Shown: piece after piece, positions 1 through 9,865 of the stretch
Numbering within the stretch: the stretch's first letter is position 1
How the letters are laid out: each line of letters begins with the position of its first letter
From: an archaeon
GTDB taxonomy: Archaea > Iainarchaeota > Iainarchaeia > Iainarchaeales > JAAZKV01
NCBI GenBank assembly: GCA_038046585.1
Contig: JBBSVX010000013.1
Coordinates: forward strand, 6,942-70,941
Length of the DNA: 64,000 bases
Direction: 5' to 3'
Made by a program: the position numbers and the translations under genes
Notes under the pieces: generated by a model
Told to the model about the DNA's origin: nothing
The model's input: only the letters and a program-made list of their open reading frames with translations
Database searches by the model: none

Positions 1-245
1 CATTTCTGGTCATAGCACCCATAACCAATCCAGCCGTTTTTCCAAACACAACTTGAAGTTGCTGGGCTTCTCAAGCACTCATTCTTAGCATAATGACTAA
101 CGTCGCCAAAGCAGGCGTTGTATGAGCATAAGCCTGGATCAGCAGTGTTTCGGCAAACGCTTGCAGCGCTTACTGTACTAATAATAAAAACTAGAAAAAT
201 CAGAGCTGTAATAGCAAGTAAAAATGATTTATGACTCAAAACCAT
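1..245 (-). CDS. Partial secreted Cys-rich protein; N-terminal 81 aa, remainder runs off the window start
   Basis: Reverse-strand ATG at 245-243 opens a frame with no stop through position 1: MVLSHKSFLLAITALIFLVFIISTVSAASVCRNTADPGLCSYNACFGDVSHYAKNEC.... It has a signal-peptide-like hydrophobic N-terminus and a Cys-rich mature part. It is absent from the ORF track because no stop lies in the window. Confidence 0.4.
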   Translation of the reverse strand, partial: MVLSHKSFLLAITALIFLVFIISTVSAASVCRNTADPGLCSYNACFGDVSHYAKNECLRSPATSSCVWKNGWIGYGCYDQK

Positions 246-511
246 ACACCAGGCAATTATACCATATTGACCCATAAGGCTTATAAGGTTACTTCATAAC
301 TGAACTAAGTTAATAGATTCAATTACTTTTTTGAGTGCTCTTTTTGAGTACTCTAATACTATGTAACCCCTGGGGCGAAGATTTAAATGAGTACTGAAAA
401 GAGGCAGTAAATCGCACTATAATATATATAATATAAGAGAAAACGACAGCATTTCCTCAAGAAAAAACGAAAAATGCCTAAAATAAGGCAAATATGAGCT
501 TCTTTGACTAT

Positions 512-904
512 TTAGCCGATTCTTAGCACTAGTTCTTTTGACTTCTTGCTTTGAATATACTTGTAGTCACTGTTGAAGTGTTCCATTACAGTGATTAATA
601 TGGGCTGCTCCCCATTCTCTACGTTTGGTCTTGAGTAAACATCAAAGTAGTCCCTGGTCTTCTCCCCGGGCTGCATCTCATCAAATCTCTTTGTTTGGGC
701 GTTACTTCTCCCACCTTTGTCAAAAGCCAGCTGTGGACCAAGAACGATATCATAGGAGATCATCTGGATCTTGCTGGTGTTATTTACTATTTCCACCATT
801 AATTCTACCGGTTCCCTTTTTGCGAGTATCATTCTCAAAGGAGTTAGTTCTGTTTTGATATCAACCATTGTTACCACCAAAAATAATTCTACCAATATAC
901 GCAT
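512..904 (-). CDS. Hypothetical protein (130 aa)
   Basis: Complete ORF on the track with no recognisable motif. The + strand ORFs overlapping it (625..858, 771..983) look like antisense artefacts. Confidence 0.4.
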   Translation of the reverse strand: MRILVELFLVVTMVDIKTELTPLRMILAKREPVELMVEIVNNTSKIQMISYDIVLGPQLAFDKGGRSNAQTKRFDEMQPGEKTRDYFDVYSRPNVENGEQPILITVMEHFNSDYKYIQSKKSKELVLRIG

Positions 905-1007
905 CCAACATTTAAAAATCTTGTTAAAACGATTTTTTAGCGTTAAAATTCAAAAAAACGCCCCATCCCCCAAAAAGTATTAATACCCCCAAGGACCTTA
1001 CTTCTCA

Positions 1008-1157
1008 ATGGGGCTATCAAAAATACAAATGGCTGGAGCAGCAGTGCTTGTTGCGCTTGCTCTTATGTATGTGCCAGTACCTTTCGTCGACGGAAGAAGC
1101 ATTGCAGCAATAATTTTGCTGATAATCGGCATCTACCTTGTTGCGCTCGCCAAATGA
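1008..1157 (+). CDS. Small hydrophobic membrane protein (49 aa, two predicted TM segments)
   Basis: Hand-translated ORF: MGLSKIQMAGAAVLVALALMYVPVPFVDGRSIAAIILLIIGIYLVALAK*. It falls below the ORF-track size cut-off. The hairpin-of-two-helices architecture resembles Pmp3/YqaE-type small proteins, but no firm homology is claimed. Confidence 0.3.
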   Translation: MGLSKIQMAGAAVLVALALMYVPVPFVDGRSIAAIILLIIGIYLVALAK

Positions 1158-1183
1158 AAATCTTCTAACAAGGCTGACGCTCA

Positions 1184-1750
1184 ATGGGAAATTTTCCAGT
1201 AACCATTATTAATAGCTTCAGCCGTAAGAATATCAAGGAAAAAGAGTATTTCCTTTTATTTTTGGTGAAAAAAATGATACCTGAAGCAGAGCTCATTAGA
1301 AAAGAACTGACAATTAGGCAAATGGATTTTCCCAGTTCAGTTGCACTCACAAAAAATTCTCTCCTTAGATGGTGTGCGCTTTCGCTCGGACTTATCTCAA
1401 GCAATGAAAGCCGCGATAAGGGACTCCTTGCACTTGATGCACTTTTTACTTTTATTTTTACGAAGAAACAAAATCCGACAACGCTTGACATCCAAGAATA
1501 TATTATGTCAAAATCAAAGGTTGAGATGAGCGAAAAACTCATTCGCTATCATTTGAACAGGGTGATTGATCTCGGGCTAATACAACGAGAAGGACTCTCT
1601 TACAAAATCAATCCTTCCCCTACTTCTGAACAAAGAAACTCGATGAAAGAATCGTTTAACGCTTGGGTAAAAGATGCGCTCAACAAGGAAATGGAAAAAA
1701 CATCAGGCGCGCTTGACAAATTGCAGAAAATGTATGAAGAGAAAAAGTAA
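1184..1750 (+). CDS. Hypothetical protein with a probable winged-helix segment (possible DNA-binding protein)
   Basis: 188-aa ORF. The C-terminal half (IMSKSKVEMSEKLIRYHLNRVIDLGLIQREGLSYKINP) looks like a wHTH recognition helix plus wing. The overlapping - strand ORF 1165..1542 is low-complexity and was rejected. The start may be the internal Met at about 1274. Confidence 0.45.
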   Translation: MGNFPVTIINSFSRKNIKEKEYFLLFLVKKMIPEAELIRKELTIRQMDFPSSVALTKNSLLRWCALSLGLISSNESRDKGLLALDALFTFIFTKKQNPTTLDIQEYIMSKSKVEMSEKLIRYHLNRVIDLGLIQREGLSYKINPSPTSEQRNSMKESFNAWVKDALNKEMEKTSGALDKLQKMYEEKK

Positions 1751-1763
1751 GCCCGACAAAAAA

Positions 1764-2741
1764 TTAGCGGAGTTTAGTAACCCCGTTAACGCAGTTCTTC
1801 ACTTCGCCTTTTTTTAACGCAAGAACCATTTGTTCCGCAACTTCTAACCCTACGTTCTCCTGCGCTTCAAAAGTTGATGCGCCTAAGTGCGGCGTGCAGA
1901 CAACTTTTTCGTGCATTACAAGTTCTTTCTTCATTGGCGGCTCTTCGTTATATACATCTAAACCCGCAGCGGCTACTTTCCCTGAATTTAACGCGCGAAG
2001 GAGAGCATCTTCGTCTATTACTCCCCCTCTTGCAACATTTAGAATCCTCACGTTCTTTTTCATTATCTCAAACTGCGCATCAGAAATCATGTTCTTTGTC
2101 TTGTCAGTGAGCGGAACATGAACTGTAATATAATCTGCGTGCTTGTATATGCTCTCAAGCTCTGCTTTTTCCACTCCAAACTCTTTTAGCTTTGCAGCAT
2201 CGATAAACGGATCATAAACAAGAACTTTCATTTCAAATGCCAGAGCAACTTTTGCAACTTTCTTCCCAACATTTCCAAAACCGATTAGCCCGAGAGTCTT
2301 TGCTTTGAGCTCAGTTCCTTCAAAACTCTTTCTGTCCCACTTGCCTTCCTTCATTGTTTTGTGACTATGAATTATGTGTTTTGAAAGAAGAATCATTAAT
2401 GCGAGAGTGTGCTCCGCAGCAGCGTTAGTGTTCCCAAAAGGAGTGTTCTCAACGCAAATACCAACCGCTTTCGCAGCGTCCTTATCAACGTTATCTACTC
2501 CAACGCCCGCTCTTCCAATAACTTTTAATTTTCCTTTAGCGCCGGCTTCGAGGATTTTTTTCGTAATCTTTACTCCACTCCTTATAACAAAAGCGTCATA
2601 GTCCGCTGCAATAGATGCGAGCTCATCTTCCTTAAGGCCAATCTTAACATCAAGTAAAAGACCGGCTTCCCTCATTATGTCAAGAGCTGTTTCTGAAATA
2701 GGATCAGTTACCAAAATTTTTATTTCTGCCATTACAACCAC
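1764..2741 (-). CDS. serA: D-3-phosphoglycerate dehydrogenase / D-isomer-specific 2-hydroxyacid dehydrogenase
   Basis: NAD-binding GxGxxG (GLIGFGNVGKKVA) and a catalytic-domain signature (ARGGVIDEDALLRALNSGKVAAAGLDVYNEEP) typical of the D-2-hydroxyacid dehydrogenase family. It is adjacent to an aminotransferase, consistent with a serine pathway. Confidence 0.85.
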   Translation of the reverse strand: MVVMAEIKILVTDPISETALDIMREAGLLLDVKIGLKEDELASIAADYDAFVIRSGVKITKKILEAGAKGKLKVIGRAGVGVDNVDKDAAKAVGICVENTPFGNTNAAAEHTLALMILLSKHIIHSHKTMKEGKWDRKSFEGTELKAKTLGLIGFGNVGKKVAKVALAFEMKVLVYDPFIDAAKLKEFGVEKAELESIYKHADYITVHVPLTDKTKNMISDAQFEIMKKNVRILNVARGGVIDEDALLRALNSGKVAAAGLDVYNEEPPMKKELVMHEKVVCTPHLGASTFEAQENVGLEVAEQMVLALKKGEVKNCVNGVTKLR

Positions 2742-2747
2742 TCTAAA

Positions 2748-3833
2748 CTACAATTTCATTTCAACCGCTAGCGTATCAAGATATTTCTGCAATTCTTCCT
2801 TATTAAGAGTGCCCATGTGAGGTATCCTGAATGTGTCGGGTTTTCCTTGAGCCGCCAAATCATCGTTGAGTTTCCTATACCCCGCATCCATTACATACCC
2901 TTTGGTTTTCACTGCTTTCTTTACTTCTTCGAGATTTATTTTGCGAGTGTTTGAGATCGCAGTAACCGTCATTGAACGATACCCTTCTTCAGCAAATAAA
3001 TCAAGTCCTTTTGCTTTTGCCCACTCTTGGGTTTGTTTTGCGAGGCTCGCATGGCGAGTCCAAATATTGTCAAGCCCTTCAGCTATCATCGCATCGGTTC
3101 TTTGTTTTAATCCGAATATCAATCCCACCGCAGGAGTGTAAGGAGTTTGGTTTGAATCATACTCTTTTGCGAGCTCTACAAAATCAAAGTAATATCCTCT
3201 TGCTTTCACGTTTCTAGCTTTTGCTAGCGCACCCCCGCTAACTGATGCAAAGCTAAGTCCGGGCGGAAGAGCAAAACATTTTTGGGAACTTGAAATGCAA
3301 ACATCGATTCCTATCTTATCAACTTCCACTTTTGCTCCGCCAAGGGAGGAAACCGTGTCAACCATCATTAGTGCGCCGCTAGCTTTTATCACGGGCGCAA
3401 GTTCTGCCAAATTATTCATTACTCCAGTGGAAGTTTCGTTGTGGGTGATGCACACCGCTTCGTACTTCTTTTCTGAAAGTTTTTTTGCCAAAACTTCCGG
3501 CTTGATTGCTTTGCCGTCTTCGATTTTTAGCAGATCAGCTTCTTTTCCGCATGATTTTGCGATGTCATACCATTTTTTTCCAAATGCGCCACAGGAAACC
3601 ATTAACACGTCTTTCTCGACACAGTTACGTATCGCGCCTTCCATTAGGCCCGAACCGGAACTGGTTGAAATGAGAACTCTATTATTAGTGTAAAGTATTT
3701 TTTTCAAATTAGAGGTGCATGCGCCAAAGATTTCAGCGAATTCTTTCCCTCTATGTCCTATCATTTCTTTTTGCATTGCAGCCATTGTTTCGGCTGGAAC
3801 GCTTATAGGCCCCGGTATAAATAGTCTTGCCAA
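2748..3833 (-). CDS. Class V aminotransferase (archaeal phosphoserine / serine-glyoxylate aminotransferase type)
   Basis: PLP-lysine motif SSSQKCFALPPGLSF and overall AGT/SerC-like class V fold sequence. It is co-oriented with, and immediately upstream of, serA. Confidence 0.8.
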   Translation of the reverse strand: MARLFIPGPISVPAETMAAMQKEMIGHRGKEFAEIFGACTSNLKKILYTNNRVLISTSSGSGLMEGAIRNCVEKDVLMVSCGAFGKKWYDIAKSCGKEADLLKIEDGKAIKPEVLAKKLSEKKYEAVCITHNETSTGVMNNLAELAPVIKASGALMMVDTVSSLGGAKVEVDKIGIDVCISSSQKCFALPPGLSFASVSGGALAKARNVKARGYYFDFVELAKEYDSNQTPYTPAVGLIFGLKQRTDAMIAEGLDNIWTRHASLAKQTQEWAKAKGLDLFAEEGYRSMTVTAISNTRKINLEEVKKAVKTKGYVMDAGYRKLNDDLAAQGKPDTFRIPHMGTLNKEELQKYLDTLAVEMKL

Positions 3834-3935
3834 TAAATCACCCGTGTTTAGAAAACAAATCCCTTAAATGGTTAAAAAGCTTCCTCAATCCCGCGAAATG
3901 GCAAAGAAACTTTTGAAATGGCGACTCGCAATTCT

Positions 3936-5840
3936 CTACTTTAGCCTTACTGCGTCAAGATTTCTTATGGCGGTCGAGCTAATACCGAATTTTGCTGCGC
4001 AGTACTTGGAAAACTCAACACTCCTTGACGGATCGCCGTGATCTACAATGATTTTCTTTGGCTTTGGCTTCAGCGAAGCAACGTAAGCGCTTAGTTGGTT
4101 GAAATCGGAGTGCCCTGAGAACCCGTCGATTGTTTCTATTCTCATTTTTACGTCCACTCTTCTTGTTTTTCCGTTGTCGCTCACTGGGAGCGTCTTTAAT
4201 CCTTGCTGGATTTTTCTTCCAAATGTCCCTTCGGCCAAATATCCAACGAACACCAAAGTGTTTGACGGATTTTCCGCCATTTTGTAGAAATAATCTATTA
4301 CCGGTCCGCCATTCATCATTCCGCTCGTAGTTATTATTACTGCGCCGGAGTCTGCAACTATCTTGTCCCTCATATCTTTTTTTGCTTCGTTAAATACCGG
4401 ACTATCGAATGGAGAATCGTTTGTTAAAATTCTTTTTTCAAGGCTCTGTCGCAAGTATTCAGGGTACGCTGTGTGTATTGCGCTTGCTTCTCGCACCATT
4501 CCTTCAATGTAAATCTTGTTTTTGTCAGTTAGAACTCCTCTCTTGTAAGCATCTTCTATTACCATGCAGATTTCTTGCCCTCTTCCTACGCCGAATACCG
4601 GTATGAGAACATTTCCGCCAAATTGTGTTGTTTCAAGTATTATGTCAATTAGTTTTTGTTCCGATTCTTGTCTTGAGAGCTGCACTGCCGATTGAGAACC
4701 GTAAGTGCTTTCAACGATGAGTGTTTCAAGTCTTGGATATTTTATGTCCAAATTATCAAATAATCTTGTTGCACCGTATTTTATGTCTCCACTGTAAACG
4801 ACGTTATGCACCCCTTCTTTAATATTTATGTGCGCCGAGGCCGAGCCGAGTATGTGCGCTGCGTTATGCAGAGTAAGTCTCATGTCGGGGGCGATGTCAG
4901 TAACTTCCCTGTAATCTCGCGTGATGTTTTGCAAGAGCGCCTGTTTTACATCTTGTTCTGAGAATGGAACATCTTTTTCATTCGCTACGCTTACGTCCAA
5001 ATAATCAAAATGTAGTAGTGCCATTAAGTCTCTTGTCGGTTCGGTGCAATATATCGGTCCGTCAAATCCTAATCTTGTCAAGTAAGGTACTAGTCCAGTG
5101 TGGTCCGAGTGTGCGTGGGTTATTACCATCGCATCTATCTCGCTCATCGGGTATCCGAGTGAATCAATGTAAGGGTACGGATCGTCAGAGCTGAAGTTTA
5201 TCCCCGCATCGAGAAGTATTTTTGTGTGCTCTGTTTCAAGGAGCATACAGCTTCTTCCAACTTCTCTAAATCCACCAAGTGCAACGAGTCTTATCCATTC
5301 GTGTTTTGAGTGGGATACTTCTTCGTATATTTGTTCCGCGGTTTTTAAAAGGAATTTTTTTCGCTCATCGGCGTGTTTGTAGAGATGCCTTCTTATTCCG
5401 GATAGTATTTCTGATTTTGTTGTAGGAGCCCTTAATATTTTTGGGGTCCAACCGGTTTCAAGCACAATTCTCTTTGAGAGTTCTCCGCCTTTTCCTATTA
5501 CTAGTCCTTTTTTTACCGCTTCAATCACGACTTCGCTGAATGGTTCGTTGAAATAAACATCCTTTACATCCGCTTCCACAGGGATCATGGATAGGATCTG
5601 TTTCTTCGCTTGTTCTACGTTTGAAAGCAGTGTTTTGTCCGTTCTTATGTTAACTCTTTTTTTGAGTTCGAACGCAATTTTTGAGACAAGGTTATCTGCG
5701 CTAAAGAATGCTGCCGGGTTTCTGGTGTAAATTATTACTTCAGGCCCTTCCATCTCTACTTTTGTTATTTCGGCTTCTCTTGGAGCGATTCGCTTAAGAG
5801 CTTCATTGATGTCGTCAAGTATTTTCAGTTTTTGTACCAT
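3936..5840 (-). CDS. Archaeal CPSF1 homologue (KH + metallo-beta-lactamase + beta-CASP ribonuclease; transcription termination factor FttA/aCPSF1)
   Basis: N-terminal KH-like region, HxHxDH motif (VITHAHSDHTG), a 634-aa length, and the typical aCPSF1 C-terminal region. Confidence 0.9.
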   Translation of the reverse strand: MVQKLKILDDINEALKRIAPREAEITKVEMEGPEVIIYTRNPAAFFSADNLVSKIAFELKKRVNIRTDKTLLSNVEQAKKQILSMIPVEADVKDVYFNEPFSEVVIEAVKKGLVIGKGGELSKRIVLETGWTPKILRAPTTKSEILSGIRRHLYKHADERKKFLLKTAEQIYEEVSHSKHEWIRLVALGGFREVGRSCMLLETEHTKILLDAGINFSSDDPYPYIDSLGYPMSEIDAMVITHAHSDHTGLVPYLTRLGFDGPIYCTEPTRDLMALLHFDYLDVSVANEKDVPFSEQDVKQALLQNITRDYREVTDIAPDMRLTLHNAAHILGSASAHINIKEGVHNVVYSGDIKYGATRLFDNLDIKYPRLETLIVESTYGSQSAVQLSRQESEQKLIDIILETTQFGGNVLIPVFGVGRGQEICMVIEDAYKRGVLTDKNKIYIEGMVREASAIHTAYPEYLRQSLEKRILTNDSPFDSPVFNEAKKDMRDKIVADSGAVIITTSGMMNGGPVIDYFYKMAENPSNTLVFVGYLAEGTFGRKIQQGLKTLPVSDNGKTRRVDVKMRIETIDGFSGHSDFNQLSAYVASLKPKPKKIIVDHGDPSRSVEFSKYCAAKFGISSTAIRNLDAVRLK

Positions 5841-5845
5841 TTTTT

Positions 5846-6006
5846 CACTTCTGTATTTTGTATTTTTTCTCCGCTTCTTCGATTCTTTTCAATAAAAAGT
5901 TTATGTCATCCCGAATTCTTGTGAGTTCTTCTTTCATGTACTTTGCCATGTATTTTACTTCTTCGTTGCTCTTCGAACCATATTCTATTTTTGCTTCTTT
6001 TAGCAT
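5846..6006 (-). CDS. Small charged coiled-coil protein (about 53 aa), not on the ORF track
   Basis: Hand-translated: (MK)MLKEAKIEYGSKSNEEVKYMAKYMKEELTRIRDDINFLLKRIEEAEKKYKIQK*. It is preceded by an SD-like AGAGGA, and it fills the 280-nt gap between aCPSF1 and psmB on the same strand. Confidence 0.35.
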
Positions 6007-6119
6007 TTTCATTCCTCTAAAAAATTATTTCACCGCTAAAGGAGAGTTAAAGTCAAGGTTCCCTTGAAAAAAAATATTTGGCAATTAATTGATTTGATTT
6101 TTCTTTTAAGGCATTGATT

Positions 6120-6866
6120 TTAGTTTTTCTTGAAGTTGAGCTTTACTTTTGCCACTGCTTTTTCTATTTCTTTCTCGTCAACTTTCCTGTATTCTTTCTT
6201 ATCTATAATTACCATCGAAATCGTTCTTCCGCCAGTGTTAATGTCTCTGTTCTTTGAAACCATTATTGCTTTTACTGCGAGGCTTATAGCGTCTTCTTCT
6301 GCCATTTCCGGCCTAAAATCTGCGTCAAGTACTGCTATTGCGAACTCTGTTCCTGATCCGGTTACTGCATATTTTGTTTTCTTTGATATGCACCCGAATG
6401 GGGTGAGCTCATAGAGCTGTGGCTTGTTGTTTACTCCGCCGATTATTGGCATGAATATGAAAGGGTAGTATCTGTTTCCGTTTAAAACGTTTGAAAGCAA
6501 ATTTGAGATTGCTTTAGGAGTTATTTTTGTTCCTCGTTCTATTTCGTAGAGGTTCGCCTGCGCTTTTAGGTATCTTATCACCATCAGCGAGTCGCCTACT
6601 GCGCCTGAAATTGTAAGTCCAACCTTGCTTGTAATTTTATAAATCTTTTTTGCGTCGTCATCGGCGGCCATGTACCCCATTGTTGCCTGCTGATCCGCTG
6701 CTAGAACTACAAATTCTTTTCCTATTATGCCTACCGTAGTAGTGCCAGTCTTTTTCTGTTGTACTGTAATGTTTGCGTTTACTGGCCCGGCGGGAGGAGT
6801 GAATCTTACTCTCTCGCTTATGAGACTTATGGGCAATCCTTCTACTTCCTTAAAGTAGTTCATCAT
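6120..6866 (-). CDS. psmB: Proteasome subunit beta
   Basis: Propeptide followed by the catalytic Thr motif TTTVGI, then the Ntn-hydrolase fold sequence (GKEFVVLAADQQATMGYMAA...). Confidence 0.9.
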   Translation of the reverse strand: MMNYFKEVEGLPISLISERVRFTPPAGPVNANITVQQKKTGTTTVGIIGKEFVVLAADQQATMGYMAADDDAKKIYKITSKVGLTISGAVGDSLMVIRYLKAQANLYEIERGTKITPKAISNLLSNVLNGNRYYPFIFMPIIGGVNNKPQLYELTPFGCISKKTKYAVTGSGTEFAIAVLDADFRPEMAEEDAISLAVKAIMVSKNRDINTGGRTISMVIIDKKEYRKVDEKEIEKAVAKVKLNFKKN

Positions 6867-6971
6867 CGATCACAAAAATAAACAATTAGCTTTGTTACAA
6901 AGCTTTGATTCGAAAACCTTTATAAAGGTATTTGTGAAGTGCCCTAAAATCCATTAAAAATGGTTTTTGAG

Positions 6972-8003
6972 TCACTTCTTTGGCTTCGGTCTTTGTATGA
7001 TTGAAGCTGAATCTGATTTTATGTCAACATCCGCTCTTGTCGGGGCTTTCTTTTCTTTCACAACGTCACTGAATGTTCTTGCGAGCGATTTTTCTTTTTG
7101 AGGAATGGCTTTTCTCACTATTTCTTCTATGTCTTCGGCTTCTTCCTCTATTTCTTCGCTTATTTCTTGCCTTTCTAATTCTTCTTCAGCTTCTTCAAGC
7201 GCATCTTCTGTACTTTCTTGTTTTTCAACAATTTCTTTTGCCGGTGCAACTTGCGTTGCAACTGCTTTTGAGCCGTCCTTGTTCTCTTCAAATTTGATTG
7301 TAACCCCAAAAATCAGTCCGAGTCTTGCAACCGAGGCGTTTACTTTCTCAAGATTTGAATAGAATCTTGTCGGAAGTTTTATTGCTAATTTTCCTTGGGA
7401 ATATTCTTTTGTTACCCCTGGCAAAAGAGTGTAGTATTTGTCGTAAATTTCCTGCGCAACTTCATCAATGGCCGTTATTTCTTTTTCCACTTTTACTATA
7501 TATTCTATATCTCTTCCTGCGAGAGGGTGATTGAAATCAACTCTTACTCTTCCGCCTGATACGCTTTGTACTCTTCCGTAGTGTCCACCCGTTGCTATAA
7601 CCAGGCCTGGAACCGGATTCAATTTTTGATCTAAGAAAACTTTTATTGGTACTACTCTTACAAGATCAGCGATTCTTTCTCCAAAAGCGTCCTTTGGCGC
7701 GAGCTTCACTGTTTTTTCTTCGCCAACTTTCATCGTTGCAAGCTCTTTTTCCACAAGGGGAAGAAGTTCTTTTTCGCCCGTTATGATTGTAAGTGAACCA
7801 TATTTTCTTTTTTCGTCAAAAAGCTTGTTTGCTTTTGCTACTTCGGAATCGGTGCAGTCAAATACTCTTCCTTCGAGCGATTCTTTTCCGATAAAACTAA
7901 CTTGGAGCATTCTTTTTTTGATATTTAATTCGTCGTGATCATGCGAACAAGTAGGATCATCGCATTTATGGTTTTCTTCTTGGTTTCCAGTCAATTTAAA
8001 CAC
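6972..8003 (-). CDS. FKBP-type peptidyl-prolyl cis-trans isomerase (long archaeal FKBP) with Cys/His-rich N-terminus and acidic/basic C-terminal tail
   Basis: FKBP core (GRVFDCTDSE...PVPGLVIATGGHYGRVQSVSGGRVRVDFNHPLAGRDIEYIVKV) with an IF-like insertion. The N-terminus carries HKCDDPTCSHDHDE. Confidence 0.8.
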   Translation of the reverse strand: MFKLTGNQEENHKCDDPTCSHDHDELNIKKRMLQVSFIGKESLEGRVFDCTDSEVAKANKLFDEKRKYGSLTIITGEKELLPLVEKELATMKVGEEKTVKLAPKDAFGERIADLVRVVPIKVFLDQKLNPVPGLVIATGGHYGRVQSVSGGRVRVDFNHPLAGRDIEYIVKVEKEITAIDEVAQEIYDKYYTLLPGVTKEYSQGKLAIKLPTRFYSNLEKVNASVARLGLIFGVTIKFEENKDGSKAVATQVAPAKEIVEKQESTEDALEEAEEELERQEISEEIEEEAEDIEEIVRKAIPQKEKSLARTFSDVVKEKKAPTRADVDIKSDSASIIQRPKPKK

Positions 8004-8101
8004 CTTTTTTACATTTCAGCTTTCGCGCCTTAAGCGCATTCTACTAAATAAAGGGGTTCGGATGAACTCTTTTTAAAGGATTGCTTGGAATTCTTTTGTA
8101 G

Positions 8102-9211
8102 GTGTTTTTGGTGCAAAATAACGAAATGTTAAAATGGTTCGGACTTTTCATTGTCGCCGTAATGGCCCTAAGCATGCTCGCAGCAGGACTGCTATACAGA
8201 GAGAATGATACTAGCGGCGCTGATGTCGATGCCGCAAATATTTTGGCAAACCAAAACCAGGCGACTTTCAATTACACCATTACTTTTGACACTAATGCCC
8301 TAAAGGAACTTAACGCGCTTAGGTTTGCGGCAAAGACGAGTCTTACCGACAAGCAAACCATAGATGATGCTGTTCTCAAGGTTAGCGGGGTTTCAAAAAT
8401 TTCTTCAAAATTTGTAAAACAACCTAATGAAACCGACTGGTATTATTTTGCCGAAGTTTCTCTAAAGAGAGACTCTGATTCAAGCTTAATATCAAGCGAA
8501 ATTTCAAAGCTTGAAGTTTTCACATCCGATGCAAGCTCCTTTGAAGCGATGAAGTACATGACAATAAGTTCTCCAGGAAAAGTGTCGATACACAACACCG
8601 ATCTTAATGTTGACAGGGATTTTAATTTTGAAATCAGCACGCTTTCATCAATAGTTTCACTTGAAACTATTCCCAATGACAATATCACTGTTTCTGGAAC
8701 GATGACCCTTTCAGGAAATGCTATTCAATCGCTTGATCTTCTTGAGAAATTAAATAACACCAGTTCGCCTAAACAATTCTCTGCTTCAGGGAACTTCACA
8801 ATCGTTTCCGTTGAAAACGAACTTACGCTTGACGCAGAGAAAGACAGCAATGTTTTTGATGAGAATTATTTGAGAGCGGAAATAACAAAGCTTGATTCAA
8901 ACGCGCAAATGTATTTTGATTCTTCAAGCGGCGCAAAGGCAAGCATTCTTTTCACCACTGACAGTGCAGTCGCTTCTCTTGAAAAGCTTTTTACTGATGC
9001 AAATTTCTCTGTAACAACCGCAAGAACGGCCAACTTTGACGAAAATTATTTTACTGTTCCAGAAATTGGGCTTGATTTGAAATATCCTCAAGGAACTTTT
9101 ACTGCAAGCGTAAGCCCAAGCAAGAAAGCAGGCGATGAAGTTCTCCTGAACATAAACGGGTATTATTCAAGAGATAGCATTTTGTTTATTAGCGCGGAAG
9201 AAAAGAACTAA
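8102..9211 (+). CDS. Hypothetical secreted/membrane-anchored protein
   Basis: N-terminal hydrophobic signal/anchor (LKWFGLFIVAVMALSMLAAGLLY) and a Ser/Thr/Asn-rich ectodomain with many N-x-S/T sequons. Confidence 0.5.
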   Translation: MFLVQNNEMLKWFGLFIVAVMALSMLAAGLLYRENDTSGADVDAANILANQNQATFNYTITFDTNALKELNALRFAAKTSLTDKQTIDDAVLKVSGVSKISSKFVKQPNETDWYYFAEVSLKRDSDSSLISSEISKLEVFTSDASSFEAMKYMTISSPGKVSIHNTDLNVDRDFNFEISTLSSIVSLETIPNDNITVSGTMTLSGNAIQSLDLLEKLNNTSSPKQFSASGNFTIVSVENELTLDAEKDSNVFDENYLRAEITKLDSNAQMYFDSSSGAKASILFTTDSAVASLEKLFTDANFSVTTARTANFDENYFTVPEIGLDLKYPQGTFTASVSPSKKAGDEVLLNINGYYSRDSILFISAEEKN

Positions 9212-9218
9212 TTTTTAT

Positions 9219-9551
9219 TTATTCTTTTAGTTTCATTATTGCTTCTGCTATGTCGCCGCTTGATTCTTCAAGGGCTTTTTTTGCTTTTTCTTTTGTAACG
9301 CCTGCTTGTTCTGCAACCATTTGTATGTCATCTTCAGGTATCCCGGCCGCTTCTTCTTGCGGGTCGCCTATCACAGTATAAGTTCTTTTTCCTTGGACAT
9401 CCATCCACTGGACTTGGGGCGAGGAGAAAATCATTTTCTTTCCGCTCTCTTCCTCAATAATTACTTTTGTAGCTTTTACTTCGCCGCTCTTTATACCCAT
9501 CTGTCTCATCATTTGAGCCATTTGTTTTGGATTTACTCCGCCCGGAAACAT
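9219..9551 (-). CDS. nac: Nascent polypeptide-associated complex protein (NAC alpha homologue with C-terminal UBA)
   Basis: MFPGGVNPKQMAQMMRQMGI... NAC domain plus a UBA-like tail (VTKEKAKKALEESSGDIAEAIMKL). Confidence 0.85.
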   Translation of the reverse strand: MFPGGVNPKQMAQMMRQMGIKSGEVKATKVIIEEESGKKMIFSSPQVQWMDVQGKRTYTVIGDPQEEAAGIPEDDIQMVAEQAGVTKEKAKKALEESSGDIAEAIMKLKE

Positions 9552-9646
9552 ATCATCACGATTAATCTTGGATTGAAAAAGGTTAATAAATCGAATCTAA
9601 AAAGAAAGAAAGGGCCTATCGCGCCTGGGCGAAAGCCTTTCCGCAT

Positions 9647-9865
9647 TCATTCATCTTTTATTGCGACAAACTCGTACGCTTGCTGGAGCGCTAAGATTGC
9701 GCGAGGGAGATCGTCCACTCTGAGGGAATTGGTTTTCTTCCACTCTTCTCCATCCTTATAGTTCCTTTCAAGCGTGGTTGAGAAGAACTTTTTCCCATCT
9801 TTTGATGTGTTTTCCCATACCGCAACCTCTACCGGGCCTACTTTCAATGCTTTTGTTGGTTTCAT
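9647..9865 (-). CDS. Small PC4-like / YdbC-type putative ssDNA-binding protein (tentative)
   Basis: 72-aa ORF; GKKFFSTTLERNYKDGEEWKKTNSLRVDDLPRAI parallels the PC4/DUF3276 beta-beta-alpha pattern. An SD-like AGGAGGT lies 8 nt upstream. Confidence 0.45.
   Translation of the reverse strand: MKPTKALKVGPVEVAVWENTSKDGKKFFSTTLERNYKDGEEWKKTNSLRVDDLPRAILALQQAYEFVAIKDE

Noticed and set aside
330-360. Two adjacent 8-bp palindromes GAGTGCTC / GAGTACTC, each preceded by T5, in the 5' intergenic region
   Set aside because: They are short and isolated. They could be a regulator or restriction-type site, but there is no second copy or gene context to support a call.
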